From contig CBFHOD010000005.1 in NCBI GenBank assembly GCA_965657365.1, positions 1,137 to 65,136 on the forward strand: 64,000 nucleotides of DNA, given 5' to 3'. The position numbers were made by a program, and so were the translations under genes. Position 1 is the stretch's first letter, and the number at the start of each line of letters is the position of its first letter. This document shows positions 62,829 through 64,000 of the stretch, piece after piece. Origin of the DNA: Flavobacteriaceae bacterium. Lineage in GTDB: Bacteria > Bacteroidota > Bacteroidia > Flavobacteriales > Flavobacteriaceae. The notes beneath the pieces were generated by a model, which worked only from the letters and a program-made list of their open reading frames with translations, was not told the origin of the DNA and made no database searches.

Positions 62829-64000
62829 TTATTCCACTTTGAATACTTTTCTAAGGTCTAACATATCTAATGGATTAATTCCCAAACCTTTAATATTTTT
62901 TTGAGAAAAACGGATTACTTGATCGTAATAAAGAGGAATTACAGGTGCTTCATCTATTAAAATACTATCCATCTTCTGGTAGAGTTTATATCGTTTAGAA
63001 GCATTAACAATAGAAGTTGATTTTTCGTAAAGAGTATCAAAATCAATATTTTTAAAATGAGTATAATTAGGTCCGTTAGGGGTAAAATTTTTACTGTAAA
63101 ATAATGATAAATAATTTTCAGCATCAGGGTAATCTGCTATCCAACTTGCTCTAAAAATAGAGAATTTACCAGTTGCTTTCCCTTGCCTTAAGGAAGAAGG
63201 TGGAATTACATCTATCGTAGCTTCTATTCCTATATTTTGAAGCTCACGCTGAATAAACTCACATAAGTCTAAATAGTTACTATTGGTTGTAATGGTAATT
63301 GAAGGATTCTTAATCCCTGTTTCTTGAATAAATTGCTGAAGTAATTTACTGGCTATTTCAGGATTATACCGATATCCTTCCAAATTATTAAAAGAGGGTA
63401 AACCAGATGGAATAAACCCATTAATAGCAGGTGTTCCTATTCCATTTCGTAAATATTTTACCATTTTTTTTCTATCAAAACCATAATTAATTGCTTTTCT
63501 AATTAATTTATTGCTTGTAGTTTTATTTTTATGATCTATGTAAATACCTAAATATTCTGTATTTAAATAAGGACCAGTTTCCATTTGGATTGTTTCATTG
63601 TATTTAGGCTGTAATATTCCATTTAAAGTGATAATATCATCTTTATAAGAGGCATCTAAGCTTTTCATAAAATCTAGGTTTCCCTGAATAAATTGCAAGA
63701 ATTCACTTTGCTTATCTGGTAAAAATGTAATCGCTACCGACTCGAGATATGGAAGTTGATTACCCTCACTATCTTTTTCAAAATAAATTGAATTTTTTCG
63801 CAATACAAGCTTGGTGTTTTCTACCCATAATTTAAATTGAAAAGGCCCTGTTCCTATTGGATTTGAACGATATTCATCACCAAAATATTCAATAGCTTCT
63901 CGAGAAACAACAGAACAATACTTCATAGCTAATAAACCCAAAAATGGAGGAAAAGCTTGTTTTAATTCTATTTTAAAAACTGTATCACTGATCGCTGAAA
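62829..64000 (-). CDS. ABC transporter substrate-binding protein, family 5 (5' end outside the window)
   Basis: PIGTGPF, RKAINYGFDR, WIADYPD and APVIPLY motifs; the frame stays open to the window edge. Confidence 0.88.
   Translation of the reverse strand, partial: SAISDTVFKIELKQAFPPFLGLLAMKYCSVVSREAIEYFGDEYRSNPIGTGPFQFKLWVENTKLVLRKNSIYFEKDSEGNQLPYLESVAITFLPDKQSEFLQFIQGNLDFMKSLDASYKDDIITLNGILQPKYNETIQMETGPYLNTEYLGIYIDHKNKTTSNKLIRKAINYGFDRKKMVKYLRNGIGTPAINGFIPSGLPSFNNLEGYRYNPEIASKLLQQFIQETGIKNPSITITTNSNYLDLCEFIQRELQNIGIEATIDVIPPSSLRQGKATGKFSIFRASWIADYPDAENYLSLFYSKNFTPNGPNYTHFKNIDFDTLYEKSTSIVNASKRYKLYQKMDSILIDEAPVIPLYYDQVIRFSQKNIKGLGINPLDMLDLRKVFKVE

Noticed and set aside
1-64000. CRISPR arrays, tRNA/rRNA genes, IS elements, prophage or defence islands
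   Set aside because: I saw no regularly spaced repeats, cloverleaf or rRNA signatures, transposase or integrase ORFs, or compositional islands. Nearly all of the sequence is accounted for by housekeeping CDSs.

Overview
AT-rich core chromosomal region of a Flavobacteriaceae bacterium (Polaribacter/Tenacibaculum-like gene content; Bacteroidota TAnnTTTG -7 promoter motifs; gldI). It is densely packed with about 55 housekeeping CDSs. These include hisG/hisD, oxyR, an ABC-F ATPase, a DEAD-box helicase, a probable capnine/sulfonolipid pair (capA/capB-like), ptrB, rocD, rlmD, ung, mutS2, tpx, ftsK-lolA-lptF-ribB, tandem M1 peptidases, cysS-yidD-lgt, a PPIase trio, ndk, recF, ribH, mutL and two rhomboids. 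I found no mobile elements, CRISPR arrays, rRNA or tRNA genes, and no obvious multi-gene novel system. The most interesting signals are not in the ORF track or not explained by it: (1) a complete His-leader attenuator upstream of hisG; (2) a long structured rocD 5' leader with a possible pseudoknot and a Pro-Arg-stop uORF; (3) a 609-aa Cys/Met-metabolism PLP enzyme that appears to be an internally duplicated pseudo-dimer; (4) a heavily decayed dgkA pseudogene between tpx and ftsK; (5) clustered palindromes and direct repeats in promoters. All family assignments come from motif recognition by eye; no database search was run.
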